In this document: positions 28,918-37,726 of the stretch, piece by piece | How the letters are laid out: every line of letters starts with the position of its first letter | How positions within the stretch are numbered: position 1 is the stretch's first letter | NCBI GenBank assembly: GCA_963842085.1 | Contig: CAWJET010000001.1 | Span: 3,040,001 to 3,104,000 of the forward strand | Source of the DNA: an uncultured delta proteobacterium | Lineage (GTDB): Bacteria > Desulfobacterota > Binatia > Binatales > Binataceae | Reading direction: 5' to 3' | DNA: 64,000 nucleotides | The notes under the pieces: generated by a model | Databases searched by the model: none | What the model was told of the DNA's origin: nothing | What the model saw: the letters and a program-made list of their open reading frames with translations, nothing else | Made by a program: the position numbers and the translations under genes

Positions 28918-30204
28918 ATGCATTCGAAAAGGTTAGGTTGGAAAGCTTTGGCGGTAAGCGCCTCAGCACTGTCCTTTATCCTGGCACTGAGCATGGCAGT
29001 CGTGGCGGTGCCTGGAACGGCTGCTGCACACGGCGAGCGCGCTGAGCCTCCGTTTCTCAGGATGTCCACCATCCAATGGTACGATACGCACTGGTCCTCG
29101 ACCCACGTCAAAGTGAACGAGGAGATGACCATAACCGGGCGTTTTCACGTCGTGAAGAACTGGTCTTTCGCGATCGCCGCGCCCGACCTGGCGTTTCTGA
29201 ACGTGGACGTGCCCGGGCCGGTTATGGTCCGCATGGCCAGCACCATTGACGGGGTCAACGGCGCCGCTTCGACGCCGCTCGAACTCGGCAGGGACTACGA
29301 ATATACGATCGTCCTTCGCGGCAGGATCCCGGGACGCTACCATGTTCATCCGATGTTGGACGTGCGCGACGCCGGTCCGCTTCTGGGTCCGGGTGATTGG
29401 GTCACAGTTGACGGAGATGCGGCGACTTTCACAGACCCGATTACGACGCTCACGGGTGAAAAGCTGGACTTGGCGCACTACGGGATGAGTGGCGTCGTGA
29501 GCTGGCACGTGCTGTGGGGATTGATGGCGGTGGCATGGCTGCTGTACTGGATTGCCAAACCGTTGTTGATGCCCAGATACGAAGCTCTGCAGCACGGCGA
29601 GGGTGAGAAACTGGTAACCCTTACCGATAGGATCGTGGCTGTTGGGTTTCTCGGCGCGACAATATTGATCGTACTCTTCGGCGCGATGGTCACCCGCGTG
29701 TGGTATCCAGTGACCATCCCATTGCAGTCCACTTGGCTGCGGATTCCTCCTTTGCCCAAGCAGCCGGATACCATTACCATGACTTCGGATAGCGTGATCT
29801 ACTACATTCCCGGCCGCACCGTGGAATTCTCGGTAAAAGTCACTAACAATGGCACCAAGCCGGTACAGATCGGCGAGTTCACCACGGCGGCGGTGAGATT
29901 TCTGAATTCATCGATCCGCCAGCCCGAACCTGACTATCCTCCAGAACTGATTGCCCCGGCCGGCCTGGTGGTCGAGCCGAATGAACCGATTCAGCCGGGA
30001 GAGACCAAGGCGCTTCATATCCTGGCCAGCAGCCCGGTCTGGGAAACCGATCGACTGGCGTTGCTGATAGCCGATCCGACCAGCCGAATCGGCGGGCTGT
30101 TCATGTTCTTTGATCCGGACAACAACCGCACTATGGTGGAGTTCGACAGCGAGATTATGCCGACCTTCGTCCGTCCACCGGCTGCGGCGGCGACGACGAG
30201 CTAG
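28918..30204 (+). CDS. pmoB: Copper membrane monooxygenase subunit B (PmoB/AmoB family)
   Basis: Signal peptide, then mature N-terminal HGE, FLRM.T..WYD, the Cu_B motif GRYHVHPM, GP..GPG, YPVTIPLQ, YYIPGR, GEFTTA.VRFLN and W.T.RL. Confidence 0.95.
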   Translation: MHSKRLGWKALAVSASALSFILALSMAVVAVPGTAAAHGERAEPPFLRMSTIQWYDTHWSSTHVKVNEEMTITGRFHVVKNWSFAIAAPDLAFLNVDVPGPVMVRMASTIDGVNGAASTPLELGRDYEYTIVLRGRIPGRYHVHPMLDVRDAGPLLGPGDWVTVDGDAATFTDPITTLTGEKLDLAHYGMSGVVSWHVLWGLMAVAWLLYWIAKPLLMPRYEALQHGEGEKLVTLTDRIVAVGFLGATILIVLFGAMVTRVWYPVTIPLQSTWLRIPPLPKQPDTITMTSDSVIYYIPGRTVEFSVKVTNNGTKPVQIGEFTTAAVRFLNSSIRQPEPDYPPELIAPAGLVVEPNEPIQPGETKALHILASSPVWETDRLALLIADPTSRIGGLFMFFDPDNNRTMVEFDSEIMPTFVRPPAAAATTS

Positions 30205-30238
30205 GGGTCAGAGTGCTGATCGATCCAGGGAGGCAACG

Positions 30239-30835
30239 GTGAGCCGCAAAATCAGTTTGGTCGCGGGTTTGCTGTTAGGCTTGGCGTACGCTGGATCGGC
30301 GTGGGCGCACGGCGGTGGCCCTGGACTCAGCTACGACCCCTGCGCGCAGCGGGTCGGCTTGTACTACGTCCACATGGCGGTCTACCAGCCGCAGGTTGAC
30401 AGTAGTCAGGAATACTGCGGCAAGATACCGCGTGGTGGCGACACTCTCATGGTATTCGACCTGGTGGGAACCGAGATGCGCCACACACCGGTAGCAGTTA
30501 ATATACTCGAAACTGGCGGGCGCTCGGGAAGCTACGTGGTGGCCTCGGTTCCCGAGGGCGAACATGTATCCGGCGTCATCGACATCAACCTTCCGCTGCA
30601 AGCAGGGCACAGTTATCAGGCGGTCGTCACGGTGGGTGAGGCGCCGGCGAATTACACTATTACCTTTCCAATCAGCGTCAACGCCTGGTGGAACGGGCTT
30701 GAACTGCCGGGGCTGCTGGTTCTCGTCGTACTCGGGGGTTCGATCTTTTACGGTCTCAGGCTCCGACGGGAGCATTTGGTCACGCAGCGCAAGGCCGAGA
30801 TGCGCACCCGTATTCGCGCTGTCGGCAGCGGCTGA
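30239..30835 (+). CDS. pmoD: PmoD/AmoD-family periplasmic copper protein with a C-terminal TM anchor
   Basis: AWAHGG, DPC.....VH..YQP, EYC..IP..G.TL.VFDLV...R..PV. Directly follows pmoB. Confidence 0.85.
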   Translation: MSRKISLVAGLLLGLAYAGSAWAHGGGPGLSYDPCAQRVGLYYVHMAVYQPQVDSSQEYCGKIPRGGDTLMVFDLVGTEMRHTPVAVNILETGGRSGSYVVASVPEGEHVSGVIDINLPLQAGHSYQAVVTVGEAPANYTITFPISVNAWWNGLELPGLLVLVVLGGSIFYGLRLRREHLVTQRKAEMRTRIRAVGSG

Positions 30836-30885
30836 GAGCTGTTCAATTGATTCTTTTGGACGATCGGACGACCAGGACGGTTTTT

Positions 30886-31536
30886 ATGTCAGAACGAGTT
30901 GTTTACATCGAATCATTGTTGTCTGTGTTGAGGCCACGGATGGCAAATGCTCTAGCGCTTGCAATTCTGCTGTGTTGCGCCGCTTGCTCTCCTCCTCCAA
31001 CGGACTCGGCGGCGCCGCTGGGGCCGGGCCTGTCCGGCGTGTCGCCGAAGCTGTTGCTCTACAACCAGAACGCGCAACCGGTGGAAGCGGGATCAATGAC
31101 GGGACGCCCCATAATAATCGCGTTCATCGATACATCTTGCACGGGAATGTGTCGGCTTACCACGAACAAACTACGCCGGGTGGCAGACGACCTCGGAGCG
31201 GAGCAGAAGCAGAAAGTTCAATTTGTGCTGGTAACTTATAACCCGGTATTCGACGGTCCCAAGCGTCTCAGACAGTACGCGCAGGACATGCACCTCGATA
31301 CCCCGCACTGGATGCTGTTGACAGGCACGCCTGCCAATATTGACTGGATGCTTGGGCGCTTCGGGTTGCCGGCGGTCGGGAATTTTGAGGAGCCGGCGCA
31401 ACTGATGGACGCACTTGACTACGTGTTCCTGGTCGCGCCTGACGGCAAGATCGTGAAGAAGTACAAAGGCGGGGATTTCGTAACCACCGCAGTTGCGCAG
31501 GACGCGCGCCAGGTACTGAACAAAGGCGCCTCATAG
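30886..31536 (+). CDS. SCO1/SenC-family copper chaperone (lipoprotein)
   Basis: FIDTSCTGMC (CxxxC), VTYNP..DGP..L..Y, W..LTG and FLVAPDG. Lipobox-like CAAC. Confidence 0.85.
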   Translation: MSERVVYIESLLSVLRPRMANALALAILLCCAACSPPPTDSAAPLGPGLSGVSPKLLLYNQNAQPVEAGSMTGRPIIIAFIDTSCTGMCRLTTNKLRRVADDLGAEQKQKVQFVLVTYNPVFDGPKRLRQYAQDMHLDTPHWMLLTGTPANIDWMLGRFGLPAVGNFEEPAQLMDALDYVFLVAPDGKIVKKYKGGDFVTTAVAQDARQVLNKGAS

Positions 31537-31648
31537 AAGCGCATCTCACTACTCAGTACTTCTTTAAGAATGGCTATTCTGATTGGCTAGTGCATCTGAC
31601 TCATCTGATACTCACAACACGAATCCTAACGAAAATGGGTGACTAATT

Positions 31649-32662
31649 ATGAAAGCGGCAGTAATTAAAACATTCGGCAAGCCACTAACTATCGAGGATC
31701 TCCCGAAGCCACAACCCGGCCCCGGCCAGGTGGTGGTCAAGATTGAGACTTCCGGCCTTTGCCATACCGATATCCACGCCGCCCACGGCGACTGGCCCGT
31801 GAAGCCCAAGCTCCCGCTGGTGCCGGGGCATGAAGGCGTTGGAATCGTTGAGCGGCTTGGCCCCGGGGTTTCGGAGGTGAAGGAAGGAGATCGCGTCGCG
31901 ATTCCGTGGTTGGGCTACGCGTGCGGCGCATGTGAGTACTGTGGGTCGGGTCGGGAGACGCTGTGCGAGCAGCAACTATGCACTGGCTATTTCATTGATG
32001 GTAGCTACGCCGAATACGCGCTGGCTTATGGGAAATACGTCTGCAAGGTGCCCAAGGGAGTAGATCCGTGGGTGGCGGCTCCGCTCACATGTGCCGGTGT
32101 CACCACCTACAAGGCGGTGAAGGTGGCCGGTGCCAGATCGTCCGACCTGGTCGCCATTTTCGGTATCGGCGGGCTGGGGCATTTGGCGCTTCAGTATGCG
32201 CGGATTGCGGGCGCGACGGTGGTGGCGGTGGATGTTCTCGACGATAAACTTGAACTCGCCAAGGAACTCGGCGCGCGTTACACGATCAATGCGCGCAACG
32301 AAGATCCAGCGGAGGCGCTCAAGAAGCTCGGCGGCGCCGACAGCGCAGTGGTGGTCGCAGTGTCGCCACAAGCCTACACCAGCGCCTACCAGGGACTCCG
32401 TCGCGGCGGCAAGCTGGTGTTCGTCGGACTGCCGGCGGACAACTCCGTGCAGATCCCGATCTTCGAGACCGTGCTCAATGGGATCTCGATCGCCGGCTCG
32501 GTAGTCGGTACGCGGGTAGATCTCGCGGAGACCTTCGAGCTGCAAGCCTCGGGCATGACCAAGGTTATCTACGAAAAGCGCAAACTCGAGCAGGTCAACG
32601 AGGCGTTCAACGAAGTTGAGGATGGTCGCGTGCGCGCCCGCCTCGTGTTTGGGATGAACTGA
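31649..32662 (+). CDS. adhP: Zn-dependent NAD+ alcohol dehydrogenase (AdhP-like)
   Basis: GLCHTD, PGHEGVG, CGACEYC...LC, APLTCAGVT and GIGGLG. Confidence 0.93.
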   Translation: MKAAVIKTFGKPLTIEDLPKPQPGPGQVVVKIETSGLCHTDIHAAHGDWPVKPKLPLVPGHEGVGIVERLGPGVSEVKEGDRVAIPWLGYACGACEYCGSGRETLCEQQLCTGYFIDGSYAEYALAYGKYVCKVPKGVDPWVAAPLTCAGVTTYKAVKVAGARSSDLVAIFGIGGLGHLALQYARIAGATVVAVDVLDDKLELAKELGARYTINARNEDPAEALKKLGGADSAVVVAVSPQAYTSAYQGLRRGGKLVFVGLPADNSVQIPIFETVLNGISIAGSVVGTRVDLAETFELQASGMTKVIYEKRKLEQVNEAFNEVEDGRVRARLVFGMN

Positions 32663-32674
32663 AGATTGCACCTT

Positions 32675-32709
32675 GACGCGGCCCGCGGGCGCCTCAGCCG
32701 GGCCGCGTC
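32675..32709 (+). terminator. Stem-loop after adhP
   Basis: GACGCGGCCCG...CGGGCCGCGTC 11-bp inverted repeat with a weak U-tract. Confidence 0.5.
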
Positions 32710-32830
32710 CGGTTAAAATCTCGATCGCTTTACGGCCCGGTCCAAGGGAGAACTCCTCCCGATAGCAAGGCTTTGCGGCGAGTGTTTACCCGGTAAAAGG
32801 CCAGCGCTGATTCCACGGAGCGACATAGAT

Positions 32831-33307
32831 ATGCAGCTCACTATCACGATCAACGGGAAGCGCCGCAGTGACGAGGTCGACCCTCGGATGCTACTCGTGC
32901 ATTACCTCCGCGATGTTGCGCAACTGACCGGGACGCATGTTGGGTGCGAGACTTCGCTGTGCGGCGCGTGCACGGTGCTGATGAACGGAAGCGCGATCAA
33001 GTCGTGCACGACATTCGCCGTGCAGGCCGAGGGCTGCCAAATCACGACGGTCGAGGGCCTCGCCAAAGACGGCAAGATGCACCCCCTTCAGGAAGGTTTC
33101 TGGGAGGAGCACGGTCTTCAATGTGGCTACTGCACGCCGGGCATGATCATGACCGCGACTGACTTGCTCAGCCGCAACGCCAATCCTTCCGAGGCGCAAA
33201 TCCGCGAGGCGCTGGAAGGCAACCTGTGCCGATGCACCGGATATCAACACATTATCAAGGCGATCCAGTACGCCGCTGAAAAGATGCGCTCCGCCAAAGG
33301 CGCCTGA
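32831..33307 (+). CDS. coxS: Mo-oxidoreductase 2Fe-2S subunit (CoxS/CutC-like)
   Basis: [19 protein letters not shown] and GNLCRCTGY. Confidence 0.92.
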   Translation: MQLTITINGKRRSDEVDPRMLLVHYLRDVAQLTGTHVGCETSLCGACTVLMNGSAIKSCTTFAVQAEGCQITTVEGLAKDGKMHPLQEGFWEEHGLQCGYCTPGMIMTATDLLSRNANPSEAQIREALEGNLCRCTGYQHIIKAIQYAAEKMRSAKGA

Positions 33308-33328
33308 ACGACTTCCAAGGAGAGACCG

Positions 33329-35668
33329 ATGGCCGTCATTCCCAAATTCGTGGGCGAGCGAATCAAGCGGCGTGAAGATCCGCGCCTGGTCTCCGGCCAA
33401 GGCATCTACGTTGACGACGTGCGGCTGCCGGGCATGCTATCAGCCGTTATCCTGCGAAGTCCCTATGCGCACGCGAAGTTGAGCTCGATCGACGTTAGCA
33501 AGGCGCGCGCACTGCCGGGCGTCATTGCGGTGCTGACCGGGAACGACCTCAAGGACAAGATGGGCTCGCTGCCATGTGTCGCTCCGGCCGACCACGTCCC
33601 GTTCCATCCCGTGCTAGCCCAAGCCAAGGTGCGCTACGTCGGCGAGGGCGTGGCGGTCGCGGTCGCGACCGATTCATACATCGCGCAGGACGCAATCGAC
33701 CTCATCGAAATCGACTACGATCCGCTCGACGCCGTCGTCGATCCCGAAAAGGCGCTCGCACCCGGCGCGCCGATTATTCACGACGAGTTCGGTACCAACT
33801 CGGTCACCTTCGCGGAGGTGCCGAACCCGGCAGTGGACGAGGCGATGCGCAAGGCGGACAAGATCATAAAGTTTCGCATCGTGAACCAGCGCCTCGCGCC
33901 GGTTCCGATGGAGGCGCGCGGCGTCGTCGTCAAGTGGGAGGCCGGATACAAACAGCTGACATTATGGTCCTCGACGCAGATTCCTCACCTGTTACGATCG
34001 CAACTCGCCGAGATGCTAAGGCTAGGCGAGAACAAGATTCGAGTGATCGCGCCGGAAGTCGGCGGCGGCTTTGGATGCAAGCTGAACGTGTATGCTGAGG
34101 AAGCGTTAACGGCGCACTTGGCGATGACGCTCGAGCGGCCGGTCAAGTGGATCGAGCGCCGGCGCGAAAACCTGTCGGGCACCACGCACGGCCGCGACCA
34201 GATTACCTACCTCGAGATCGCCGCGCAGAAGGATGGCACCGTGCTCGCGATGAAAGGCCGTTTCATTTGCGACATGGGCGCCTATATGCACCTGCTGACG
34301 CCGGCGATCCCCGGCTTCTCAGGCCTGATGATGACGGGCTGTTACAAGATTCCGGCGCTCGCGTTCGAGCAACAAATGGTCTTCACCAACAAGATGGCGA
34401 CCGATGCGTATCGCGGCGCGGGACGCCCCGAGGCCTGCTATATCGCGGAACGCACGATGGAGATGGTCGCTGCGGAGTTCGGACTCGATCCGACTGACGT
34501 CCGGCGCATGAACTTCATCCCCAAGGAAACGTTCCCGGCTTCTACCGCCGGCGGACTCGTCTATGATTCCGGCGACTACAATCTCACGCTCGACAAGGCG
34601 CTCCGGGCAATTGACTACAAAAAGGTTCGCGCCGAGCAAGCGCAAGCGCTCAAGCAGGGCCGCTATATCGGCATCGGGATCGCCTCTTACGTCGAGATTT
34701 GCGGACTCGGGCCGTCCGTTCTGCTGCCGCCGAAGCTCAAGGGTGGGGGATGGGAGAGCGCGACGGTCAGGATTGAGCCTGACAGCAAGGTGACTGTGCT
34801 CACCGGCATTTCTCCGCACGGCCAGGGACAGGAGACAACCTTCGCGCAACTCGTGGCCGACGCGTTGGGCATCGATATCGACGACATCAACGTCGTCCAT
34901 GGCGACACCGCGATGGTGCAGTACGGCATCGGGACGTTCGGCAGCCGCGGCACCACGGTCGGTGGACCGGCGCTGATGATCACGGTGGCCAAGCTGCAGG
35001 ACAAGATGAAGAAGATCGCTTCCACTATGATGGAGGTGCCGCCGGACCAGCTCACTTTCGTCAACCGGACGATCGCGATGGCGAGCGACGCGTCGAAGTC
35101 GATTCCGTTGCAGCAGGTCGTCGACGCCGCCTACGGATACAAGCAGCCAATTCCCGGCGTCGAGCCGGGCCTCGATGCGACGAGCTTTTACGAGCCGTCG
35201 GCGTGCACGTTCCCGTTCGGCACGCATGTCGCCGTGGTCGAGGTTGACCCGGAAACGGGCGTCGTCAAGTTCCTCCGCTACGTGGCGGTCGACGACTGCG
35301 GCAAAATAATCAGCCCGCTGCTGGTCGAGGGCCAGATCCACGGAGGAATCGCGCAGGGGATCGCGCAGGCTCTGTACGAGGAGGTGGTGTACGACGAGAA
35401 CGGCCAGCTCATCACCGCATCGCTGATGGACTACGCGGTGCCCAAGGCGCACATGCTGCCGCATTACGAGCTGGAGTCCACGGTCACGCCGTCACCGGTC
35501 AACATCCTGGGCGTCAAGGGCGTGGGCGAAGCGGGCACAATCGGATCGACGCCCTGCGTGGTCAACGCCGTGCTCGATGCGCTAAAGCCGCTCGGCATCC
35601 GTGAGCTTGACATGCCGCTCAAGCCGGAGAAGGTCTGGCGCGCAATTCAGGAAGCAAGGGGAGGTTGA
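33329..35668 (+). CDS. coxL: Mo-oxidoreductase large subunit, 'form II CoxL' / aldehyde oxidoreductase type
   Basis: Active-site loop AYRGAGR (not form I AYxCSFR), EVGGGFGCK, PHGQGQET, TFGSR and KGVGE. Confidence 0.88.
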   Translation: MAVIPKFVGERIKRREDPRLVSGQGIYVDDVRLPGMLSAVILRSPYAHAKLSSIDVSKARALPGVIAVLTGNDLKDKMGSLPCVAPADHVPFHPVLAQAKVRYVGEGVAVAVATDSYIAQDAIDLIEIDYDPLDAVVDPEKALAPGAPIIHDEFGTNSVTFAEVPNPAVDEAMRKADKIIKFRIVNQRLAPVPMEARGVVVKWEAGYKQLTLWSSTQIPHLLRSQLAEMLRLGENKIRVIAPEVGGGFGCKLNVYAEEALTAHLAMTLERPVKWIERRRENLSGTTHGRDQITYLEIAAQKDGTVLAMKGRFICDMGAYMHLLTPAIPGFSGLMMTGCYKIPALAFEQQMVFTNKMATDAYRGAGRPEACYIAERTMEMVAAEFGLDPTDVRRMNFIPKETFPASTAGGLVYDSGDYNLTLDKALRAIDYKKVRAEQAQALKQGRYIGIGIASYVEICGLGPSVLLPPKLKGGGWESATVRIEPDSKVTVLTGISPHGQGQETTFAQLVADALGIDIDDINVVHGDTAMVQYGIGTFGSRGTTVGGPALMITVAKLQDKMKKIASTMMEVPPDQLTFVNRTIAMASDASKSIPLQQVVDAAYGYKQPIPGVEPGLDATSFYEPSACTFPFGTHVAVVEVDPETGVVKFLRYVAVDDCGKIISPLLVEGQIHGGIAQGIAQALYEEVVYDENGQLITASLMDYAVPKAHMLPHYELESTVTPSPVNILGVKGVGEAGTIGSTPCVVNAVLDALKPLGIRELDMPLKPEKVWRAIQEARGG

Positions 35669-35672
35669 CGCA

Positions 35673-36536
35673 ATGTATCCCGCGTCATTCGAATATCACC
35701 GCGCGGCCTCCGTGAAGGACGCGCTTGCGATGCTCACCAGGTTCGGCGACGACGCAAAACTGCTTGCCGGCGGGCACAGCCTGATCCCGATGATGAAGCT
35801 GCGCCTGGCGCAGCCAGCGCATCTGATCGACATCGGTGGAATTCGCGACTTGGCGCAGGTCCGGGAGGAGGGCGGCAAGATCGTGATCGGCGGACTCGCG
35901 ACCCATCACCAGGTCGAGACTTCGGCAATCGTCAGAGGCAAGCTGGGAATGCTAGCGGAGTGCGCCGCGTTGATCGGAGACGTCCAGGTGCGCAACCGCG
36001 GTACCATCGGCGGCAGCCTGGCGCATTCGGATCCGGCGGCCGATTATCCGGCTGCGGTCCTCGCGCTGGAGGCCGAGATGCGCGTCGAGAGCAGCGGCGG
36101 CGCACGCACGATCAAGGCGGAAGAGTTCTTTATCGACCTGATGACGACCGCCGTGCAACACGGCCAGATCCTGACGCATGTATCGATTGCGCCAATCGCG
36201 GCGAGTACCGGCGGCGCGTACTTGAAACATCGCCAACCCGCCTCCGGCTTCGCGACTGTCGGGGTGGCAGCGCTGGTCACGCTTGATCCAAACGGCAACT
36301 GCGCGCGGGTGAGGGTGGGAATCACGGGACTCGGGCCGAAGGCATTTCGGGCCAAAGCGGTCGAAGCGGCGCTCACTGGAAAGGCGCCCGCCGCGATCAA
36401 AGATGCTGCGGCGCATGCTGCGGATGGTATCGACGCCCTGTCTGATATCCATGCTGCGGCCGACTTCCGTGCTGAGCTCGCGCGCGTCTACACGCGCCGG
36501 GCCCTCGAGCAGGCGGTCGCGCGTGCGAAGGCGTAA
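35673..36536 (+). CDS. coxM: Mo-oxidoreductase FAD subunit (CoxM-like)
   Basis: MYPASFEY, AGGHSLIPMMKLR and IGDVQVRNRGTIGGSLAHSDPAAD. Confidence 0.92.
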   Translation: MYPASFEYHRAASVKDALAMLTRFGDDAKLLAGGHSLIPMMKLRLAQPAHLIDIGGIRDLAQVREEGGKIVIGGLATHHQVETSAIVRGKLGMLAECAALIGDVQVRNRGTIGGSLAHSDPAADYPAAVLALEAEMRVESSGGARTIKAEEFFIDLMTTAVQHGQILTHVSIAPIAASTGGAYLKHRQPASGFATVGVAALVTLDPNGNCARVRVGITGLGPKAFRAKAVEAALTGKAPAAIKDAAAHAADGIDALSDIHAAADFRAELARVYTRRALEQAVARAKA

Positions 36537-36581
36537 ACGCCGGCTTGCGCCGCTCAGGAATTGGCGTTACGCCAATCGCCG

Positions 36582-37112
36582 ATGAAGATTGCAGGCGAAA
36601 CAACGTTGCCGGTGCCGCGCGAACGCGTGTGGGCCTTATTCAACAATCCCGAGCGACTTTCGAAGCTGATTCCCGGATGCGAAAAGCTCGCAGCCCTGGG
36701 CCCCGATGAATATGCAGGTACCATCGTGGTCGGCATCGCCGCGGTCAAGGGCACTTACGACGGCAAGCTCAAGATCGAAGAGCAGCGCCCGCCCGAGCAT
36801 TATCGGATAGTAGTCGACGGCAAGGGCAAGCAGGGATTCCTGAAGGGATCCGGCACCCTCGACCTCGCTGCGCGAGACGCGCGGACCACACTGGTGAAAT
36901 ACGCGGGCGACGTGCAGGTCGGCGGTCCGCTGATACAGGTTGGGCAGCGGATGATCGACAGCGCCGCCAAGATGATGCTGGGACAGTTCTTTGCGGCGGC
37001 CGAAGCCGAACTCAAGGCCGAGCTGCGCGGAACTGTCGCACGCCAGGGACTCCTAATCAACTTCTGGCGCTATCTTGTGCGCCTGTTCCGCGCGGCGTTC
37101 GGGCGCAACTGA
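36582..37112 (+). CDS. coxG: CoxG (SRPBCC) accessory protein
   Basis: VW...NPE.L...IPGC, VGIAAVKG and VGG....VGQRMID. Follows coxSLM. Confidence 0.88.
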   Translation: MKIAGETTLPVPRERVWALFNNPERLSKLIPGCEKLAALGPDEYAGTIVVGIAAVKGTYDGKLKIEEQRPPEHYRIVVDGKGKQGFLKGSGTLDLAARDARTTLVKYAGDVQVGGPLIQVGQRMIDSAAKMMLGQFFAAAEAELKAELRGTVARQGLLINFWRYLVRLFRAAFGRN

Positions 37113-37235
37113 AGGCCAATCGGCAAGACCTCCTGGGAGCGGTTGTCGCACGGGCCCAGCTTCCGCAGACAATCCCTGCGTGGTAGGTTGCAGGCTGCAA
37201 CGGCAGTAGGGGCAACCTCTTTTTCGGGAGCTAAC

Positions 37236-37628
37236 ATGCCACTGCATATGGACGTCCACGAGCTCCAGGGAACAACCGCGGCGCAGGTTGACCAAGCGCA
37301 CGCGGCCGACCTCGCGGAGCAGGGGAAGTACGGCGTCAAGTATATCAAGTACTGGTTCAACGAGAGCCACGGCAAGGCTTTCTGCCTCGTCGATGCGCCC
37401 AGTCCGGAGGCGGCGCAGTTAGTGCACCGTGAAGCGCACGGGCAAATCGCACAAAGAATTCTCGAGGTCCAGCCCGAGCTTGCAGAGGCATTTCTCGGCG
37501 GAGGTGAAACCGATTCGTCGGGAGCGGTCCTGGCCCCTAGTGGCGCCGGCAACGAGCGGGACTCCGCAATCCGGACCATTCTCTTCACGAGTTATGCGTC
37601 GGAAAGGGCCTGCCCTTCAAAGACCTAG
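37236..37628 (+). pseudogene. DUF4242 (SCO4226-like) domain protein whose adenylate/guanylate cyclase domain is truncated
   Basis: MPLHMDVH...AHAADL..Q.KYGV....YW......AFCLVDAP..EAA..VHREAHG. The protein runs into RTILFT, the start of a class III cyclase (normally ...FTDI), then loses homology and stops. Confidence 0.7.
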
Positions 37629-37726
37629 GAGATGTTTCCCTAAAGGGTTTCAGTTGCCCGATCCGAGTTCACGCTGTCGAATGGCCCGCTGCGACGTAAC
37701 GCTGCGCGAAATCCCATAAAACCCCG

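Noticed and set aside
27130-30204. Direct evidence of methanotrophy or ammonia oxidation
   Set aside because: No methanol dehydrogenase or hao in the window, and the sequence is divergent. The substrate cannot be fixed from sequence alone.
31570-31600. Sigma54 promoter before adhP
   Set aside because: The TGGC elements present do not give GG-N10-GC spacing.
33329-35668. Aerobic CO dehydrogenase (form I)
   Set aside because: The loop is AYRGAGR rather than AYxCSFR, the order is S-L-M, and there is no coxDEF. The other two large subunits also lack the form I motif.
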